Assembly (NCBI GenBank): GCA_902541215.1
Contig: CACBPV010000001.1
Coordinates: 6,606 to 70,605, forward strand
From: an uncultured Alphaproteobacteria bacterium
GTDB taxonomy: Bacteria > Pseudomonadota > Alphaproteobacteria > HIMB59 > GCA-002718135
Reading direction: 5' to 3'
DNA length: 64,000 nucleotides
Below the pieces are notes generated by a model. The model made no database searches. It was not told the origin of the DNA and saw only the letters and a program-made list of their open reading frames with translations. Shown here piece by piece: positions 30,077 to 42,571 of the stretch (its first letter is position 1; each line of letters opens with the position of its first letter). The translations under genes were made by a program, and so were the position numbers.

Positions 30077-30907
30077 TCATATCTTTGAAAAACTAAGGAT
30101 TCTCTCAATTCCTTGTAAATCAGGAATGATATTAGTTAAATGTAGTCCTGAATTTTGAAAAATTTCTTCACAATAGTGTCGTTGATTAATGCCAATTTCA
30201 CATACAAAGTAGGCTTTTTTATTCATTAAATTTTGAAGAGTATTTGAATATTCTCTGTAAAATTTCAATCCATCATCTCCTCCAACTAAAGCCATTTTAG
30301 GTTCAAATTTTTTTACTTCTGGATCTGTCTTATTAAACTGGTCGTTTGTTAAGTATGGCGGATTAGATACAATCAAATCGAACTTTGAATTAATACTTTT
30401 AAAATCAATAAGCTTAAGTTGAATTTGATTATCGCAATTATGTATTTTTAAGTTTCTTGCTGCTACCTCTAATGCTTCTTGTGAAATATCTATAGCTGTA
30501 ATAGAAGCATTTTTAAATTCCTTTGCGAGTGATATTGCAATACAACCGGATCCGGTACCAATATCTAATATTTTTAATTTAAGATTTTTATTCTTATAAA
30601 TATTTAAAACTTGCTCAATTATTAATTCTGTTTCGGGACGAGGATCTAATACATAATTATTTACGTAAAAATCATTTTTCCAAAAAGATTTATTCTTAAT
30701 AATTTTAGCTATTGGTTGTCTATTAATTCTTTTTTGAAGATAATTTTTAAATTTAACAATATCAATATTGTCTTCATTTAGATTACTTAAAATAATTTCA
30801 TCGTTTTTCTTTGAAGCATATTTTAGTAAAACTCTTAGATCTAGTTCTGGATTATTAATATTATTTTGTTTTAATTTAATTAAACTCTCTTTGATTAAAT
30901 TATTCAT
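30077..30907 (-). CDS. prmC: Peptide chain release factor N5-glutamine methyltransferase
   Basis: 276 aa. SAM motif [11 protein letters not shown] and NPPY catalytic motif are present. It lies immediately downstream of prfA and overlaps it by 8 nt. Confidence 0.9.
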   Translation of the reverse strand: MNNLIKESLIKLKQNNINNPELDLRVLLKYASKKNDEIILSNLNEDNIDIVKFKNYLQKRINRQPIAKIIKNKSFWKNDFYVNNYVLDPRPETELIIEQVLNIYKNKNLKLKILDIGTGSGCIAISLAKEFKNASITAIDISQEALEVAARNLKIHNCDNQIQLKLIDFKSINSKFDLIVSNPPYLTNDQFNKTDPEVKKFEPKMALVGGDDGLKFYREYSNTLQNLMNKKAYFVCEIGINQRHYCEEIFQNSGLHLTNIIPDLQGIERILSFSKI

Positions 30908-31976
30908 TTTTCATATTTGCTAACTTTGTACTCTCTTCTTCAGCAATTAAAGGATTTATCAACTCATCTATTTTACCCTCAAGTATTTCTGACAGATTAT
31001 ACAATGTAAGATTTATTCTATGATCAGAAACCCTTCCTTGAGGAAAATTATAGGTTCTTATTCTTTCAGATCTATCTCCAGAACCTACTTGATTTTTTCT
31101 TTGCTCAGATCTTTCTTTATTTTTTTCTTGTATTTGGTTGTCTAGTAATCTTGATCGTAAAATCTTTAAAGCTTTTGCTTTATTTTTATGTTGAGATTTT
31201 TCATCTTGTTGAGAAACTACTATACCTGTTGGAATGTGTGTAATTCTTACGGCACTATCTGTTGTGTTGACAGATTGTCCTCCCGGTCCACTTGATCTAA
31301 AAACATCAATTCTTAAATCTTTATCAAGAACTTCAATATCAACTTCTTCAGCTTCAGGTAGAACTGCTACAGTAGCGGCTGATGTATGTACTCTTCCACT
31401 ACTTTCAGTTGTTGGAACTCTTTGCACTCTATGAACACCCGATTCGAATTTTAGTTTTGAAAAAACATTAAATCCTGAAATATTACAAATAGCTTCCTTT
31501 ACTCCTTTTAAACCCGTTTCTGATATTGATAAAATATCAAATTTCCATGAATTTAAATCGGCATATCTCTGATACATATTTAATAAATCAGATGCAAAAA
31601 GAGATGCTTCATCACCTCCGGTACCAGCTCTGATTTCTAAAATTGAATTTTTAGAGTCATTTTCATCTTTTGGTATTAGTAATTTTAATAATTCCTGTTC
31701 AAGATCTTTGATTTGATTTTTTTTTTCAATGAGTTCCGTTTCAGCTATCTTTATAATTTCTAAATCATTATCTTTTACTAACTCATTAAGATCTAACATA
31801 TCTTTTTGTAAATAGTTGTATTCTTGAATTTTTTCTACAATTGGTCGAAGCTCTGAATATTCTCTATTTAATTTAATTAATTCATTTGAGTCAATATCAC
31901 TCATATTGTTTAATGAATTTTCAATCAATTCAAATTTTTCTAAAATTATTGTAAATTGTTTATCTAGATTTATCAT
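30900..31976 (-). CDS. prfA: Peptide chain release factor 1
   Basis: 358 aa. The GGQ motif sits in [24 protein letters not shown]. The RF1-type PxT context reads [10 protein letters not shown]. Confidence 0.95.
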   Translation of the reverse strand: MINLDKQFTIILEKFELIENSLNNMSDIDSNELIKLNREYSELRPIVEKIQEYNYLQKDMLDLNELVKDNDLEIIKIAETELIEKKNQIKDLEQELLKLLIPKDENDSKNSILEIRAGTGGDEASLFASDLLNMYQRYADLNSWKFDILSISETGLKGVKEAICNISGFNVFSKLKFESGVHRVQRVPTTESSGRVHTSAATVAVLPEAEEVDIEVLDKDLRIDVFRSSGPGGQSVNTTDSAVRITHIPTGIVVSQQDEKSQHKNKAKALKILRSRLLDNQIQEKNKERSEQRKNQVGSGDRSERIRTYNFPQGRVSDHRINLTLYNLSEILEGKIDELINPLIAEEESTKLANMKNE

Positions 31977-33204
31977 TCAAATGATTAAATATTTGACTAA
32001 GCTTTAATTCTTTTTGTTCACCAGTCATTAAATTTTTAATAGTAAAAAAATTACCTTTAAACTCATTTTCTCCAATAATAATTATATATGAGGCTGAAGA
32101 TGTATTAGCTTTTGTGAATGATTTTTTTAAATTGTATTTATAATTCCAGTAATATGAAATGCTATTTTCAGATAAATATTTTTGTAGATGAAGAAAATAA
32201 TCTTTAAATTTTTCATCTGTTATCGCAATATGAATAGTTGAGTTTATTTTTTTTTCATACTCCATTAATAATGAAATTCTTTCAATACCGGCAGCCCATC
32301 CAATACCAGGTATATCAGGTCCTCCTAATACTTTTATTAAACCATCATATCTTCCACCACCTAGTAATGTATCTTGACTTCCTAAATCATTTGATTTGTA
32401 TTCAAATACTGTATTACAATAATAATCAAGACCTCTAACTAGATTAGCATTTTCTTCAAAATTAATTTCCAATATATTTAATGATCTTTTAAGCTCTTCG
32501 TAGTGCTTTTTAGCTTCATCAGTTAAATATTCATATATTTTAGGTGAAGAAAGTGAAATTTCTACATCTGCCTCATTTTTTGAATCTAATATTCTTAATG
32601 GGTTAGTGTCAATTTTTTTAATACTTTCTTCTGATAGTTTTTTTTTATGTGTATTAAAATATTTTGTAAGACTTTTTTTAAAATCAATTAAGGTTTTTTT
32701 ATCTCCTAATGAATTAATATGAAGTTTTATTTTAGATTTTGGTAACAGTTCGTTTAAAATATTATTTGAAAGTGAAATTAACTCAACATCAGCAAGAAAA
32801 TCTCTAGTTCCAAGTATTTCAAAATTAATTTGATTAAATTGTCTATATCTACCCTTTTGAGGCCTTTCCCTTCTAAACATTGGGCCAATTCCAAAAATTT
32901 TTAATGGAAGATCATTTAAGAGATTATTAGTAATAGCCGCTCTTATCATAGACGTTGTGTACTCAGGGCGTAATGTTAAAAATTCATTATTTCGATCTTC
33001 AAATGAATACATTTCTTTCAAGACAACATCAGAATGTTCGCCAAGAGGTTTTTTAAATAAATCACTAAATTCAAAAATTGGTGTCATGATTTCTTTATAT
33101 TCTTTTAAGTTAGCATTTTTAGATACAATATTAGAAATACGGTTAAATTTATCTATTTCTTCTCCAAATATATCATGAGTGCCTCTTACTGATCTTAATT
33201 TCAT
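31960..33204 (-). CDS. hisS: Histidine--tRNA ligase
   Basis: 414 aa. Class II motifs are present: [27 protein letters not shown] and GGGRYDGL. Confidence 0.9.
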   Translation of the reverse strand: MKLRSVRGTHDIFGEEIDKFNRISNIVSKNANLKEYKEIMTPIFEFSDLFKKPLGEHSDVVLKEMYSFEDRNNEFLTLRPEYTTSMIRAAITNNLLNDLPLKIFGIGPMFRRERPQKGRYRQFNQINFEILGTRDFLADVELISLSNNILNELLPKSKIKLHINSLGDKKTLIDFKKSLTKYFNTHKKKLSEESIKKIDTNPLRILDSKNEADVEISLSSPKIYEYLTDEAKKHYEELKRSLNILEINFEENANLVRGLDYYCNTVFEYKSNDLGSQDTLLGGGRYDGLIKVLGGPDIPGIGWAAGIERISLLMEYEKKINSTIHIAITDEKFKDYFLHLQKYLSENSISYYWNYKYNLKKSFTKANTSSASYIIIIGENEFKGNFFTIKNLMTGEQKELKLSQIFNHLNDKSR

Positions 33205-33205
33205 A

Positions 33206-34303
33206 TTAGTTACTTAGTTCTATTTCTTTAGTTTTTTTTCTAATGAGATCTTCAAGATAATTTTCTAAATCAACATTTTTTACAACATTATTTTTTTTAC
33301 CATCAAGATAAATCATATGTGTATCATTTCCACCACCAGTTATTCCAATATTTGTCATAGTTGCCTCACCTGGACCATTAACTACACATCCAATTATTGA
33401 GACTGTTATAGGTGTGGATATATCATCTAATTTTTTTTCTAAATTTTTTACTGTTTTAATTACTTCGAATTGTTGTCTAGCACATGATGGACATGAGATA
33501 ATTTTTACACCTCTATTTCTTAATCCCAAACTTTTTAAAATTTCAAAACCTACCCTTACTTCTTCTTCTGGTTCATCTGACAGTGATATCCTAATTGTAT
33601 CTCCTATCCCTCTTAAAAGTAAATTGCCTACTCCAATTGAAGATTTAATTGAGCCTGTTCTTTTTCCTCCAGCTTCAGTAATACCTAAATGTAATGGGTA
33701 ATCACATAATTTAGCTAATTGCTCATATGCTTTTATAGACATAAATATATCTGAAGATTTCACACTTATTTTAAAATTAGTAAAATAATTGTCTTCTAAT
33801 ATCTTGATATTTAATTTTGCACTTTCAACTAAAGCTTCTGGATTAGGCTCTGAAAATTTTTCTAAAATTTGTTTTTCTAAACTACCCGCATTCACCCCTA
33901 CTCTTATTGAGCAATTATTATCTTTTGCTGCTTTTATAACTTCTTTTATTCTATCAATACTACCAATGTTACCAGGGTTTATTCTAATACAAGAAGCACC
34001 ATTATTTGCTGCTTCAATTCCTCTTTTGTAATGAAAATGAATATCAGCAATAATAGGTACTGGGCTATGTTTAACAATTTCTTTTAATGAATGTGAAGAT
34101 TCTTTGTCCGGAACAGAAACACGAACTAAATCAACTCCAAGTTTTGCTGATCTTTCTATTTGAGCAATAGTATCTTTAGCATTAGAAGTTAGAGTATTTG
34201 TCATTGTTTGAACAGCAATTTGATTGTTACCTCCAATACTTACATTTCCAACTTTAATTACACGCGATTTTCTTCTATGAATTTGTTGATACGGTCTCAG
34301 CAT
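33206..34303 (-). CDS. ispG: 4-hydroxy-3-methylbut-2-en-1-yl diphosphate synthase
   Basis: 365 aa. [16 protein letters not shown] and GCVVNGPGE provide the Fe-S cluster cysteines. Confidence 0.95.
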   Translation of the reverse strand: MLRPYQQIHRRKSRVIKVGNVSIGGNNQIAVQTMTNTLTSNAKDTIAQIERSAKLGVDLVRVSVPDKESSHSLKEIVKHSPVPIIADIHFHYKRGIEAANNGASCIRINPGNIGSIDRIKEVIKAAKDNNCSIRVGVNAGSLEKQILEKFSEPNPEALVESAKLNIKILEDNYFTNFKISVKSSDIFMSIKAYEQLAKLCDYPLHLGITEAGGKRTGSIKSSIGVGNLLLRGIGDTIRISLSDEPEEEVRVGFEILKSLGLRNRGVKIISCPSCARQQFEVIKTVKNLEKKLDDISTPITVSIIGCVVNGPGEATMTNIGITGGGNDTHMIYLDGKKNNVVKNVDLENYLEDLIRKKTKEIELSN

Positions 34304-34307
34304 CTAT

Positions 34308-35096
34308 TTAATTAGTAAAATCTTTATACAAAACAAAAGAGTCTAATATATCGCCGTACTTGCCAATCTTACCTCTTACTTCATTATCTATGATAACTAA
34401 AATGTTACCAGCATTTCCTGCTGTAATATTATAATTTAGTTTTAATTCATATGAAAATTCATCATCCTTATCCATTAACTTACTTAAAATAATATTATTT
34501 GATTCATCTCTTAATTGCATCCAAGTTGAATTTAATATTTTTAACGTAGCAATTGTATTTATGTCATCATCAAATTCTGCCGATGCAACAGCACTAGAAT
34601 TATTTACAAAATTATTTTTTTTTAAATCATTATTTTGAGAAAAATTACTATTAAAAGTGTTAGCTTTTTCTACTATTGGCTCCAAACTTTCTGGTATATC
34701 TGGAATTAAAGCAAATTTACTTTCATCTTCATCTTCATCAATAAATAAAAAGTAAAAAGAAGTAAATATAACTAAGATAATAGAGGCAGCAAAAAACTTT
34801 TCTATTTTAAAAAAATTATTTTCTATAATTGGCGTGATATTTTTTTTCTCTTCTTTAGAATTAAATGATAAATCATTTTTAAATTTTTCAATAATTGTAT
34901 TAGTATCTAAGTCAAGAAAGTCAGAATAAGATCTTAGGTGTCCAATGTTAAAAATAAGATCTGCATTGTTTTTAATATTATCATTTTCGAGATCAACAAT
35001 GATACTTTGAGATATCTTTAATTCATTTGCTATATCTTTAATTGAAAGATTTTTAGAATTTCTTCCAATTGATAGAATTTGACCTACTGTTTTCAT
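34308..35096 (-). CDS. rodZ: RodZ-like helix-turn-helix / single-TM cytoskeleton protein
   Basis: 262 aa. It has an N-terminal XRE-type HTH (LSIKDIANELKISQSIIVDLEN), a central TM helix, and a C-terminal DUF4115-like region. The conserved rodZ-ispG-hisS synteny supports the call. Confidence 0.6.
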   Translation of the reverse strand: MKTVGQILSIGRNSKNLSIKDIANELKISQSIIVDLENDNIKNNADLIFNIGHLRSYSDFLDLDTNTIIEKFKNDLSFNSKEEKKNITPIIENNFFKIEKFFAASIILVIFTSFYFLFIDEDEDESKFALIPDIPESLEPIVEKANTFNSNFSQNNDLKKNNFVNNSSAVASAEFDDDINTIATLKILNSTWMQLRDESNNIILSKLMDKDDEFSYELKLNYNITAGNAGNILVIIDNEVRGKIGKYGDILDSFVLYKDFTN

Positions 35097-36308
35097 TTAA
35101 TTGCTCAGATTATATGCTTCATGTAGGGATTTTACAGCAATTTTTGTGAATTTTTTATCAATCAAGACACTAATTTTTATTTCTGAAGTTGAAATTGCTA
35201 ATATATTAATTGAATTATCAGCTAGTGTTGTAAACATTTTCTTTGCAACTCCAGATTGAGACATCATTCCCATACCAATTACTGAAATTTTAGAAATATT
35301 GGTATCTGTTTTAATAGAGTTAAAATTGATTAAATTTTGATTTTCTTCCAATAATTTTTTAGCATTATGAATTTCACTGTTTGGAACAGTAAATGTAATA
35401 TTTGCAGTTACACCATCTTGGGATGTATTTTGAACAATCATATCTACGTTAATATTATTATTAGCTAAAAGTCCAAAGATTGTTGCAGATATTCCAGGTT
35501 TATCTGCAATACCAGATAAAGTTAGTTTTGATTCATTATTACTATAGCTTACTCCACTTACTATTTCTTTTTCAATTAATTTATTTTCATCAACGACAAG
35601 AGTACCACTTTCTTTTGTTATTGAAGACAGTACTTGCAAGGTAAGATTATTTTTCATTGCTAATTCAACAGAACGTGTGTGAAGTACTTTTGCTCCAGTA
35701 GAAGACATTTCTAACATTTCTTCAAATGCTAATTTATTAATCTTTTTAGCTTCTGGTTCCAAATTTGGATCAGTTGTATAAACACCATCAACATCAGTAT
35801 AAATGTCACACCTATTAGCATCAATGGCTGAAGCAACGGCAACAGCGGTTGTGTCAGAGCCACCTCTTCCTAATGATGTAATATTTCCATTAATATCGAC
35901 ACCTTGAAATCCAGCAATCACTATAACATCATAATCTTTTAGATATTGTTCAATTCTATGTTTATCAATATTTAATATTTTAGCTTTTTGATGGTTACTA
36001 TCTGTTATAATTGGGATTTGCCATCCAAGTAATGGAATTGATTTAATATTTCTTTTTTTTAAAATAGCTGAAAGTAGTCCTACTGAAACAGCTTCACCAG
36101 ATGTTAAAATTAAATCATTTTCAATAATTTCATTTGATTCAATTTCATTTATATATTCTTGCATTTTGTTTGTGACACCTGACATTGCAGATAAAACAAC
36201 AATCAGTTTTTTATCATTTAATTGCCTTTCAACAATGTTTGCAACATTATAAATTTTATCGATACTGCCAACTGAAGTACCACCAAATTTCATTACTACA
36301 AGTTTCAT
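35097..36308 (-). CDS. lysC: Aspartate kinase
   Basis: 403 aa. MKFGGTSVG, GRGGSDTTAVA, IYTDVDGVYTTDP and C-terminal ACT repeats are present. Confidence 0.95.
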   Translation of the reverse strand: MKLVVMKFGGTSVGSIDKIYNVANIVERQLNDKKLIVVLSAMSGVTNKMQEYINEIESNEIIENDLILTSGEAVSVGLLSAILKKRNIKSIPLLGWQIPIITDSNHQKAKILNIDKHRIEQYLKDYDVIVIAGFQGVDINGNITSLGRGGSDTTAVAVASAIDANRCDIYTDVDGVYTTDPNLEPEAKKINKLAFEEMLEMSSTGAKVLHTRSVELAMKNNLTLQVLSSITKESGTLVVDENKLIEKEIVSGVSYSNNESKLTLSGIADKPGISATIFGLLANNNINVDMIVQNTSQDGVTANITFTVPNSEIHNAKKLLEENQNLINFNSIKTDTNISKISVIGMGMMSQSGVAKKMFTTLADNSINILAISTSEIKISVLIDKKFTKIAVKSLHEAYNLSN

Positions 36309-36371
36309 TGACTTAAATATTTTTTAAATTATTTGAGCTATTATAATTATTGTTTCTAACAAACAAGATAT

Positions 36372-37079
36372 ATGATGAATATAAAATCAAAAAAAGAAGA
36401 ATTTGCCTTGTTTAATCAACTTTCAGATGAATGGTGGAATGAAAATGGTAAATTTAAGATTCTTCATCAGATTAAAAGACATAGAATGACCTACATATTA
36501 GACCAAATTAATAATAGGAACATAAAAAATTTAAAAATACTTGATGTAGGCTGTGGTGGAGGAATAATTTGTGAACCACTAGCAAGACTAGGTGCTAAAG
36601 TTACCGGAATTGATTTTAGTCCAAATAATATCAAAGCTGCTATTTTACATTCTAAAAAAAATAAACTTAAAATTAAATATATTTGTAAAGATGTTGAAAA
36701 ATCAAAAATAGATGAGAAATTTGATATTATACTAATGTTTGAAGTTTTAGAACATTTAGATAATTGGAAAAAGACCATTAAAAATATAAAAAATAACCTA
36801 GATAAAAATGGTATAATTATAATTTCAACTATTAATAGAAATCTAATTTCTAAGATATTCGCAATAAATATAGCTGAAAATATCCTCAATTGGATCCCGA
36901 AAGGAACCCATGATTATGATAAGTTGATTAAACCTGAAGAATTGAAAAATACTTTATCAAAAGAAAATTTTCACTTTAACAATATTAAAGGTCTAATTTT
37001 TGACCCATTAAACAATAAGTGGAAATTATCTACAAACTATAGTATTAATTATTTTTGTACTGCTAATTTAATTAATTAG
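36372..37079 (+). CDS. ubiG: Bifunctional 3-demethylubiquinol 3-O-methyltransferase
   Basis: 235 aa. WWNENGKFKILHQI..R, ILDVGCGGGIICEPLARLGAKVTGID and MFEVLEHL are present. Confidence 0.85.
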   Translation: MMNIKSKKEEFALFNQLSDEWWNENGKFKILHQIKRHRMTYILDQINNRNIKNLKILDVGCGGGIICEPLARLGAKVTGIDFSPNNIKAAILHSKKNKLKIKYICKDVEKSKIDEKFDIILMFEVLEHLDNWKKTIKNIKNNLDKNGIIIISTINRNLISKIFAINIAENILNWIPKGTHDYDKLIKPEELKNTLSKENFHFNNIKGLIFDPLNNKWKLSTNYSINYFCTANLIN

Positions 37080-37485
37080 TTTTTTTTGTTGAAAAAGGTA
37101 GTGGTACTACATCGATATCTTCATCTATTAATTCTTTAGTTTGTTCAATAGAAGCTTCACCATATATTGCACGTTCCTTTACTTCACCATATTTAATTTT
37201 CTTTGCTTCCTCGGTAAATTTATCACCAACATAATCAAATTCTTTTTCTATAATTTTTTTTAGTTTCTTAACATTTGAAGCAATTGATTTATTTATTTTA
37301 GAATTTTTTGAATTTGATTTTTTAGCTACATTTGGCGCCATTAAACCTTTTTTTATTTGAATGCTATTACAGGAAGGACATGTGACCAATCCTTTTCTAA
37401 TTTGCTTATTATAATCTATAGTATTTTCGAACCAACCTTCAAAAGAAAAAGTACAATCAGAGCAATTAAGATTAAATACAATCAT
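37072..37485 (-). CDS. DUF1178 family zinc-ribbon protein
   Basis: 137 aa. MIVFNLNCSDCTFSFEGWFEN...VTCPSCNS is the typical DUF1178 N-terminus. It has an 8-nt tail-to-tail overlap with ubiG. Confidence 0.7.
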   Translation of the reverse strand: MIVFNLNCSDCTFSFEGWFENTIDYNKQIRKGLVTCPSCNSIQIKKGLMAPNVAKKSNSKNSKINKSIASNVKKLKKIIEKEFDYVGDKFTEEAKKIKYGEVKERAIYGEASIEQTKELIDEDIDVVPLPFSTKKTN

Positions 37486-37490
37486 GTCTT

Positions 37491-37973
37491 TTATATTGTT
37501 TCATCTATTTTTTTTTCAATATCAAAATCAACATCATCAGATTCTAATTGCATAATTAGTGAATTTTTTGGAAAATTCAAATTACATATTGTGCCCTTAG
37601 ATAAAGTTACACCCATAAAAGGTTTTAAACTAACATTAATATATTTTTGATTATTTTGATTAAAAATATCAATTCTTACGAGTTCTTTCAAAACAATAAA
37701 AAGGAAGTTTTTATTTAATTTATTTTTAATTAGAGATTTTGGATTTTGAAAAAAAGATAATTTAAAAAAAAGTTTTTTTTCGTCAATATTTATATTTTCT
37801 TCTAAATAAATATCAGAGTTTTGTATTTGAATATTATATAAAAAAATTTGATCTTGTCTATTTAAAATTTTCTCTTTTAATATTTCTAAAAAAGTAGTTC
37901 CATAAATTTTTTTATTAATATTTTCAGTTTCTTCTTTAATAATTGCAACTATCTCTTTAAGAATATTATCCAT
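37491..37973 (-). CDS. Hypothetical protein (no recognisable domain)
   Basis: A 160-aa ORF tightly packed between DUF1178 (5-nt gap) and a divergent methyltransferase gene (26-nt gap). The composition is coding-like and I recognise no motif. Confidence 0.5.
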   Translation of the reverse strand: MDNILKEIVAIIKEETENINKKIYGTTFLEILKEKILNRQDQIFLYNIQIQNSDIYLEENINIDEKKLFFKLSFFQNPKSLIKNKLNKNFLFIVLKELVRIDIFNQNNQKYINVSLKPFMGVTLSKGTICNLNFPKNSLIMQLESDDVDFDIEKKIDETI

Positions 37974-37999
37974 AATTACTTTTAATACTTTAAAAAAAA

Positions 38000-38776
38000 A
38001 TGATAAACAAAAAATACCTTAAATTATTAAGAACTAAAGATAGAAAATATGGAGAAAACTTTATATATAATGAAATAAGTAAAAATATAATTGATTCCCT
38101 AGATATTTTGAAAGTTCCTTTTAATAATATTTTAGAACTTGGAATTAATGATAAATTAATTATTGATTATCTTAAAGAAAGATTTCCCTCTTGTTCTATA
38201 ACAAGTGCAGATATCGATTTGTCATTTTTTACCAAAAAAACAGATCGACAATTAATAGAAATTGATTTGGATGATATACAAATAAAAGACAGTAAGTTTG
38301 ATTTAATTTTTAGTAATCTTTTTTGTCAATTAACTTCCAATTTTGAGAAATTGATAGAAAATATTTTTCAAAGCCTTAATTCAAATGGATTTTTTATAGC
38401 AACCATTCCAAGTGCTGAAAATATATATCAGCTTGTAAATTCAATGTATGAAACAGACAATATTTTATACGGAGGAATGTATCAAAGGGTTAATCCAGTT
38501 TTAGATACAAATTATATTTTTAAACTACTAAAATTTTATAACTTTGATTCACCTTTAATAAATAATAATAACTTTACTATTGAATATTCAGTTTTTAAAA
38601 AACTACTTGATGATGTAAGATTTTTAAACTTACCCTATGCGGGTAAGGACAAAAAAAATTATTTTGAGAATAAGAAATATTTTATTCATTTGGAGAAACA
38701 ATTCAGAAAAAAATATTATAAAGATAATTTTAATCTTGATATAAATTTTAATACAATTTGTGCTTGGAAAAAATAA
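38000..38776 (+). CDS. Probable class I SAM-dependent methyltransferase
   Basis: 258 aa. It has a degenerate motif I (ILELGINDK), then ADID, then DLIFSNLFCQ (post-II/III-like). The call is weak. Confidence 0.45.
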   Translation: MINKKYLKLLRTKDRKYGENFIYNEISKNIIDSLDILKVPFNNILELGINDKLIIDYLKERFPSCSITSADIDLSFFTKKTDRQLIEIDLDDIQIKDSKFDLIFSNLFCQLTSNFEKLIENIFQSLNSNGFFIATIPSAENIYQLVNSMYETDNILYGGMYQRVNPVLDTNYIFKLLKFYNFDSPLINNNNFTIEYSVFKKLLDDVRFLNLPYAGKDKKNYFENKKYFIHLEKQFRKKYYKDNFNLDINFNTICAWKK

Positions 38777-38778
38777 AA

Positions 38779-39990
38779 TTAAGATCTGTAATCAGCATTA
38801 ATCTTTAAATATTCTAGAGTTAGATCATTTCCATAAACGGTATGATAAAACTTACCTGAGTTTAATTTTACATTGATTTCTATAGTTTTATTTTTCATAT
38901 AACTATTAAGTCTTCTAATATTTATTTTTTTACTAATTGAGCCATTTTCGCATACAACGTTGTTTCCAAACGAAACTTTAATTTTATTTTGATTTATATT
39001 TTCTTCAGTTTTTCCAATTGCCATTATTACTCTACCCCAATTTGCGTCTTCCCCAGCCACAGCTGTTTTAACCAAAGGAGAATTAGCAATACTAAATGCA
39101 ATTTTTTTTGCTTGATTTTTTGATCTTGCATTCAAAACATTTACTCTTATTAGCTTAGATACACCCTCTCCATCCTTAATTACTTGAAGAGACAAATCAT
39201 GCATTAATTCGTATATTTTATAATTTAATTTTTTAAAGTTATTTTTATTTAAATTTATATTTTTATTACCAACAGAAAACATCATTAAAGTATCACTTGT
39301 TGATGTATCGCTATCTACAGTTATTGAATTAAATGTGTTATCTAAATTGTTTTTAAGTAATCTAATCATTAACTGTTTTGAAATTTCACATTCTATAAAA
39401 ATATAAACCAACATTGTTCCCATATTTGGTTGTATCATTCCAGATCCTTTTGCTATTCCATAAATTTTAAATGATTGATTGTCTAAGTTAATATTTTTAA
39501 TTGATACCTTTGGAAAAGTATCTGTTGTCATAATTGCCTTAGCACTTTCTAGTAAACTATTTTTATTTTTGGAATTTATTTTTTCAAATTTATTTATTAT
39601 TAAATTAGGATTAAATTTTTCACCAATTACACCAGTAGATGATACTAATACTTCATTGGATTTGCATTTAATTTTTTTTGTTAATGCTTTTACATACTTA
39701 TCGATAATATTAAGGCCATCTTTGCCAGTATGCGCATTCGCATTACCAGCATTCACAACTAATGCTTTAGCCTTACCTTTGTTATTTTGTTTATCCCAAA
39801 TTATTGGGGCTGAAGGTGTTGATGTTTTTGAATATACACAACATACATTAATAATTTGATCAAAAATTATTATTAAAAGATCTTTATCTTTTTTTTTAAA
39901 TCCAGCATTGAAAGTATAAATTTTAAGGCCGTTAGGATTAAAATCTCTGATTTTTTTTGGCTTAAATATTGAAATCATTTTATTGACCAT
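38779..39990 (-). CDS. argJ: Bifunctional glutamate N-acetyltransferase / amino-acid acetyltransferase
   Basis: 403 aa. It has IMTTDTFPK and the autoprocessing site PNMGTMLVY. The start could be the internal Met 5. Confidence 0.9.
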   Translation of the reverse strand: MVNKMISIFKPKKIRDFNPNGLKIYTFNAGFKKKDKDLLIIIFDQIINVCCVYSKTSTPSAPIIWDKQNNKGKAKALVVNAGNANAHTGKDGLNIIDKYVKALTKKIKCKSNEVLVSSTGVIGEKFNPNLIINKFEKINSKNKNSLLESAKAIMTTDTFPKVSIKNINLDNQSFKIYGIAKGSGMIQPNMGTMLVYIFIECEISKQLMIRLLKNNLDNTFNSITVDSDTSTSDTLMMFSVGNKNINLNKNNFKKLNYKIYELMHDLSLQVIKDGEGVSKLIRVNVLNARSKNQAKKIAFSIANSPLVKTAVAGEDANWGRVIMAIGKTEENINQNKIKVSFGNNVVCENGSISKKINIRRLNSYMKNKTIEINVKLNSGKFYHTVYGNDLTLEYLKINADYRS

Positions 39991-40054
39991 AATTTAGCTT
40001 AAATTCCTTTGTAGAAGAAATATTTTTCATATATTAACTGCCATTTATCATAAC

Positions 40055-42571
40055 ATGATTAATATCGTTAATAAATTATTTGGTTCTATAAAATCTAATT
40101 CGCTTAAAAAATATGCGAGTTTTGTAGAGAAAGTAAATAAATTGGAAGAAGAAATTTCTAAACTTTCTGATCAAGAATTAAAAGATAAAACAAATTACTT
40201 TAAAAATAAATTTAGTGAAACTGGATCAATAACTAAATTTTTACCAGAAATATTTGCAGTTGTTAGAGAAGCATCTAAAAGAACATTAAATATGAGACAC
40301 TATGATGTTCAAATAATAGGTGGGATGGTCTTATATGAAAACAAGATAGCTGAAATGAAAACAGGAGAAGGAAAAACGTTAGTCGCTACTCTGGCCGCTT
40401 ATGCAAATACTATAGAAAATTTATCTGTGCATATTATTACTGTTAATGATTATCTAGCAAAAAGGGATGCAGAATGGATGGGTCAAATATATAATTTTCT
40501 TGGTCTAAGTGTTGGATGTGTTACTTCAGAAACTGCACATGAAGAAAGATCTAATCAATATAATGCAGATGTTGTGTATGCAACTAATAATGAGATTGGA
40601 TTTGATTATTTAAGAGATAATCTTAAAAACGATTACAATAACTTGTGTTTTAAAAAGGATGCATTTGCAATAGTAGATGAAGTAGATAGTATTTTAATAG
40701 ATGAAGCTAGGACACCTCTTGTAATATCTGCAGAATCAAATTCTAAAACTGATTTATTTCCTAAAATTGATAAAATTATTAAAATTCTTAGAGAAAATGA
40801 TTTTGAAATTAATGAAGAAAGTAAAAGTATTCTACTTACTACAGAAGGAATGGAATTTTGTGAAAAATTATTGAAAGAAAATGGAATTATTACAGAAGGT
40901 ACACTACAGGATTTGGGAAATATGGTTTTGAATCACAATATCATCCAAGCACTTAGAGCGCATCATTTATTTAAGAAGGATAAAGATTACATAATTAAAG
41001 ATAGAAGTGTAGTCATTATTGATGAATTGACTGGTAGAGCCATGGAAGGAAGAAGATATGGGGATGGATTGCATCAAGCTATTGAAGCGAAAGAAAATTT
41101 AGTGATCCAAAGAGAAAATCAAACAATTGCCTCAGTGACATATCAAAATTTTTTTAGAACTTATCATCGTTTAAGTGGAATGACAGGAACTGCCACAACA
41201 GAAGCAAAAGAATTTGAAAGTATATATAATTTGGATGTTGTTGAAATTCCTCCTAATATTAAAGTAAATCGTCTTGATAAAAATGATCAAATTTATATGA
41301 CAAAAAGAGAAAAATATAATGCTGTTTTAGATCTTGTTAAGTCTCGAAATAAAATTAATCAACCAATCCTAATAGGAACTACATCAGTAGAAAATTCTAT
41401 AAAAATTTCTGATTTATTAAAAAAAGAAAATCTAAAGCATAATATTCTAAATGCTAAAAATCATATGAGTGAAGCAAAAATTATTGAAGAAGCTGGAATT
41501 CCTGGCAATATTACTATTTCAACTAATATGGCCGGAAGAGGTACTGATATTAAATTGGGAAATGGTGACACTAATTTAAAAAAAGAATCAATTGAAGCAG
41601 GTGGATTACTCATAATTGGAACAGAAAGGCATGAAAGTAGAAGAATTGATAATCAATTAAGAGGTAGATCAGGTAGACAAGGAGATATTGGTGAAAGTAT
41701 CTTTTTCTTGTCATTAGAAGATGATCTTATGAGAATATTTGGATCAAAAACTCTTGAAAATGTATTATCAAAATTAGGTCTTAAAGATGGTGAAGTTATT
41801 ACTCATTCTATGATTACTAAATCTTTAGAGAGAGCTCAGCAAAAAGTAGAGAGTCATAATTTTGATATGCGAAAACAAATCTTAAAATTTGACGATATAT
41901 TAAATGATCAAAGGAAAATTATTTACCAAAATAGAAGAGAAATTCTTAATACCAATGATCAATCTAAAATCATTGAAGATATGATTTATGATTATATTAA
42001 TTACTTAATTGAATTAACTATTCCGCCTAAAAAATATTCTCATGAATGGGATGGAAATTTATTAAAAGAAAAAATCAAAGATACTTTTGCTATAGATATA
42101 CCAGCTTCAAAATGGTTAGATGAAGAAGGAGTTGATGATGAAGAGATTAAAAAAAGATTACTTGATGAAATAAATCAAAAATATATAGAAAAACAACATC
42201 AATACTCAGCTGAATTATTTAAATTCGCGGAAAAAAGGGTAATGTTATTTCAAATAGACAAAGACTGGAGGGATCATTTAGCAGCAATGGATTCTTTACG
42301 TGGCAGTGTCAATTTAAGAGCTATGGGAGGTAAAGATCCATTTTATGAATACAAAAAAGAATCATTTGATTATTTTGATGAGATGCTTTCAAACCAAAAT
42401 GAAAGAGTTTTAAAAACTTTATTTAATATTAAGCTTGTTAGTGATAATAATAATAGTTCTGCAAAAGAGCAAACTAAAGAACCTAGAAGAATAATTACAA
42501 AAAAAATAGGTAGAAATGAACCTTGTCCATGCGGTTCAGGAAAAAAATATAAACAGTGTCATGGTAGTTAG
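40055..42571 (+). CDS. secA: Preprotein translocase ATPase SecA
   Basis: 838 aa. It has [13 protein letters not shown], a DEAD-like [18 protein letters not shown], and the C-terminal zinc motif [14 protein letters not shown]. Confidence 0.95.
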   Translation: MINIVNKLFGSIKSNSLKKYASFVEKVNKLEEEISKLSDQELKDKTNYFKNKFSETGSITKFLPEIFAVVREASKRTLNMRHYDVQIIGGMVLYENKIAEMKTGEGKTLVATLAAYANTIENLSVHIITVNDYLAKRDAEWMGQIYNFLGLSVGCVTSETAHEERSNQYNADVVYATNNEIGFDYLRDNLKNDYNNLCFKKDAFAIVDEVDSILIDEARTPLVISAESNSKTDLFPKIDKIIKILRENDFEINEESKSILLTTEGMEFCEKLLKENGIITEGTLQDLGNMVLNHNIIQALRAHHLFKKDKDYIIKDRSVVIIDELTGRAMEGRRYGDGLHQAIEAKENLVIQRENQTIASVTYQNFFRTYHRLSGMTGTATTEAKEFESIYNLDVVEIPPNIKVNRLDKNDQIYMTKREKYNAVLDLVKSRNKINQPILIGTTSVENSIKISDLLKKENLKHNILNAKNHMSEAKIIEEAGIPGNITISTNMAGRGTDIKLGNGDTNLKKESIEAGGLLIIGTERHESRRIDNQLRGRSGRQGDIGESIFFLSLEDDLMRIFGSKTLENVLSKLGLKDGEVITHSMITKSLERAQQKVESHNFDMRKQILKFDDILNDQRKIIYQNRREILNTNDQSKIIEDMIYDYINYLIELTIPPKKYSHEWDGNLLKEKIKDTFAIDIPASKWLDEEGVDDEEIKKRLLDEINQKYIEKQHQYSAELFKFAEKRVMLFQIDKDWRDHLAAMDSLRGSVNLRAMGGKDPFYEYKKESFDYFDEMLSNQNERVLKTLFNIKLVSDNNNSSAKEQTKEPRRIITKKIGRNEPCPCGSGKKYKQCHGS

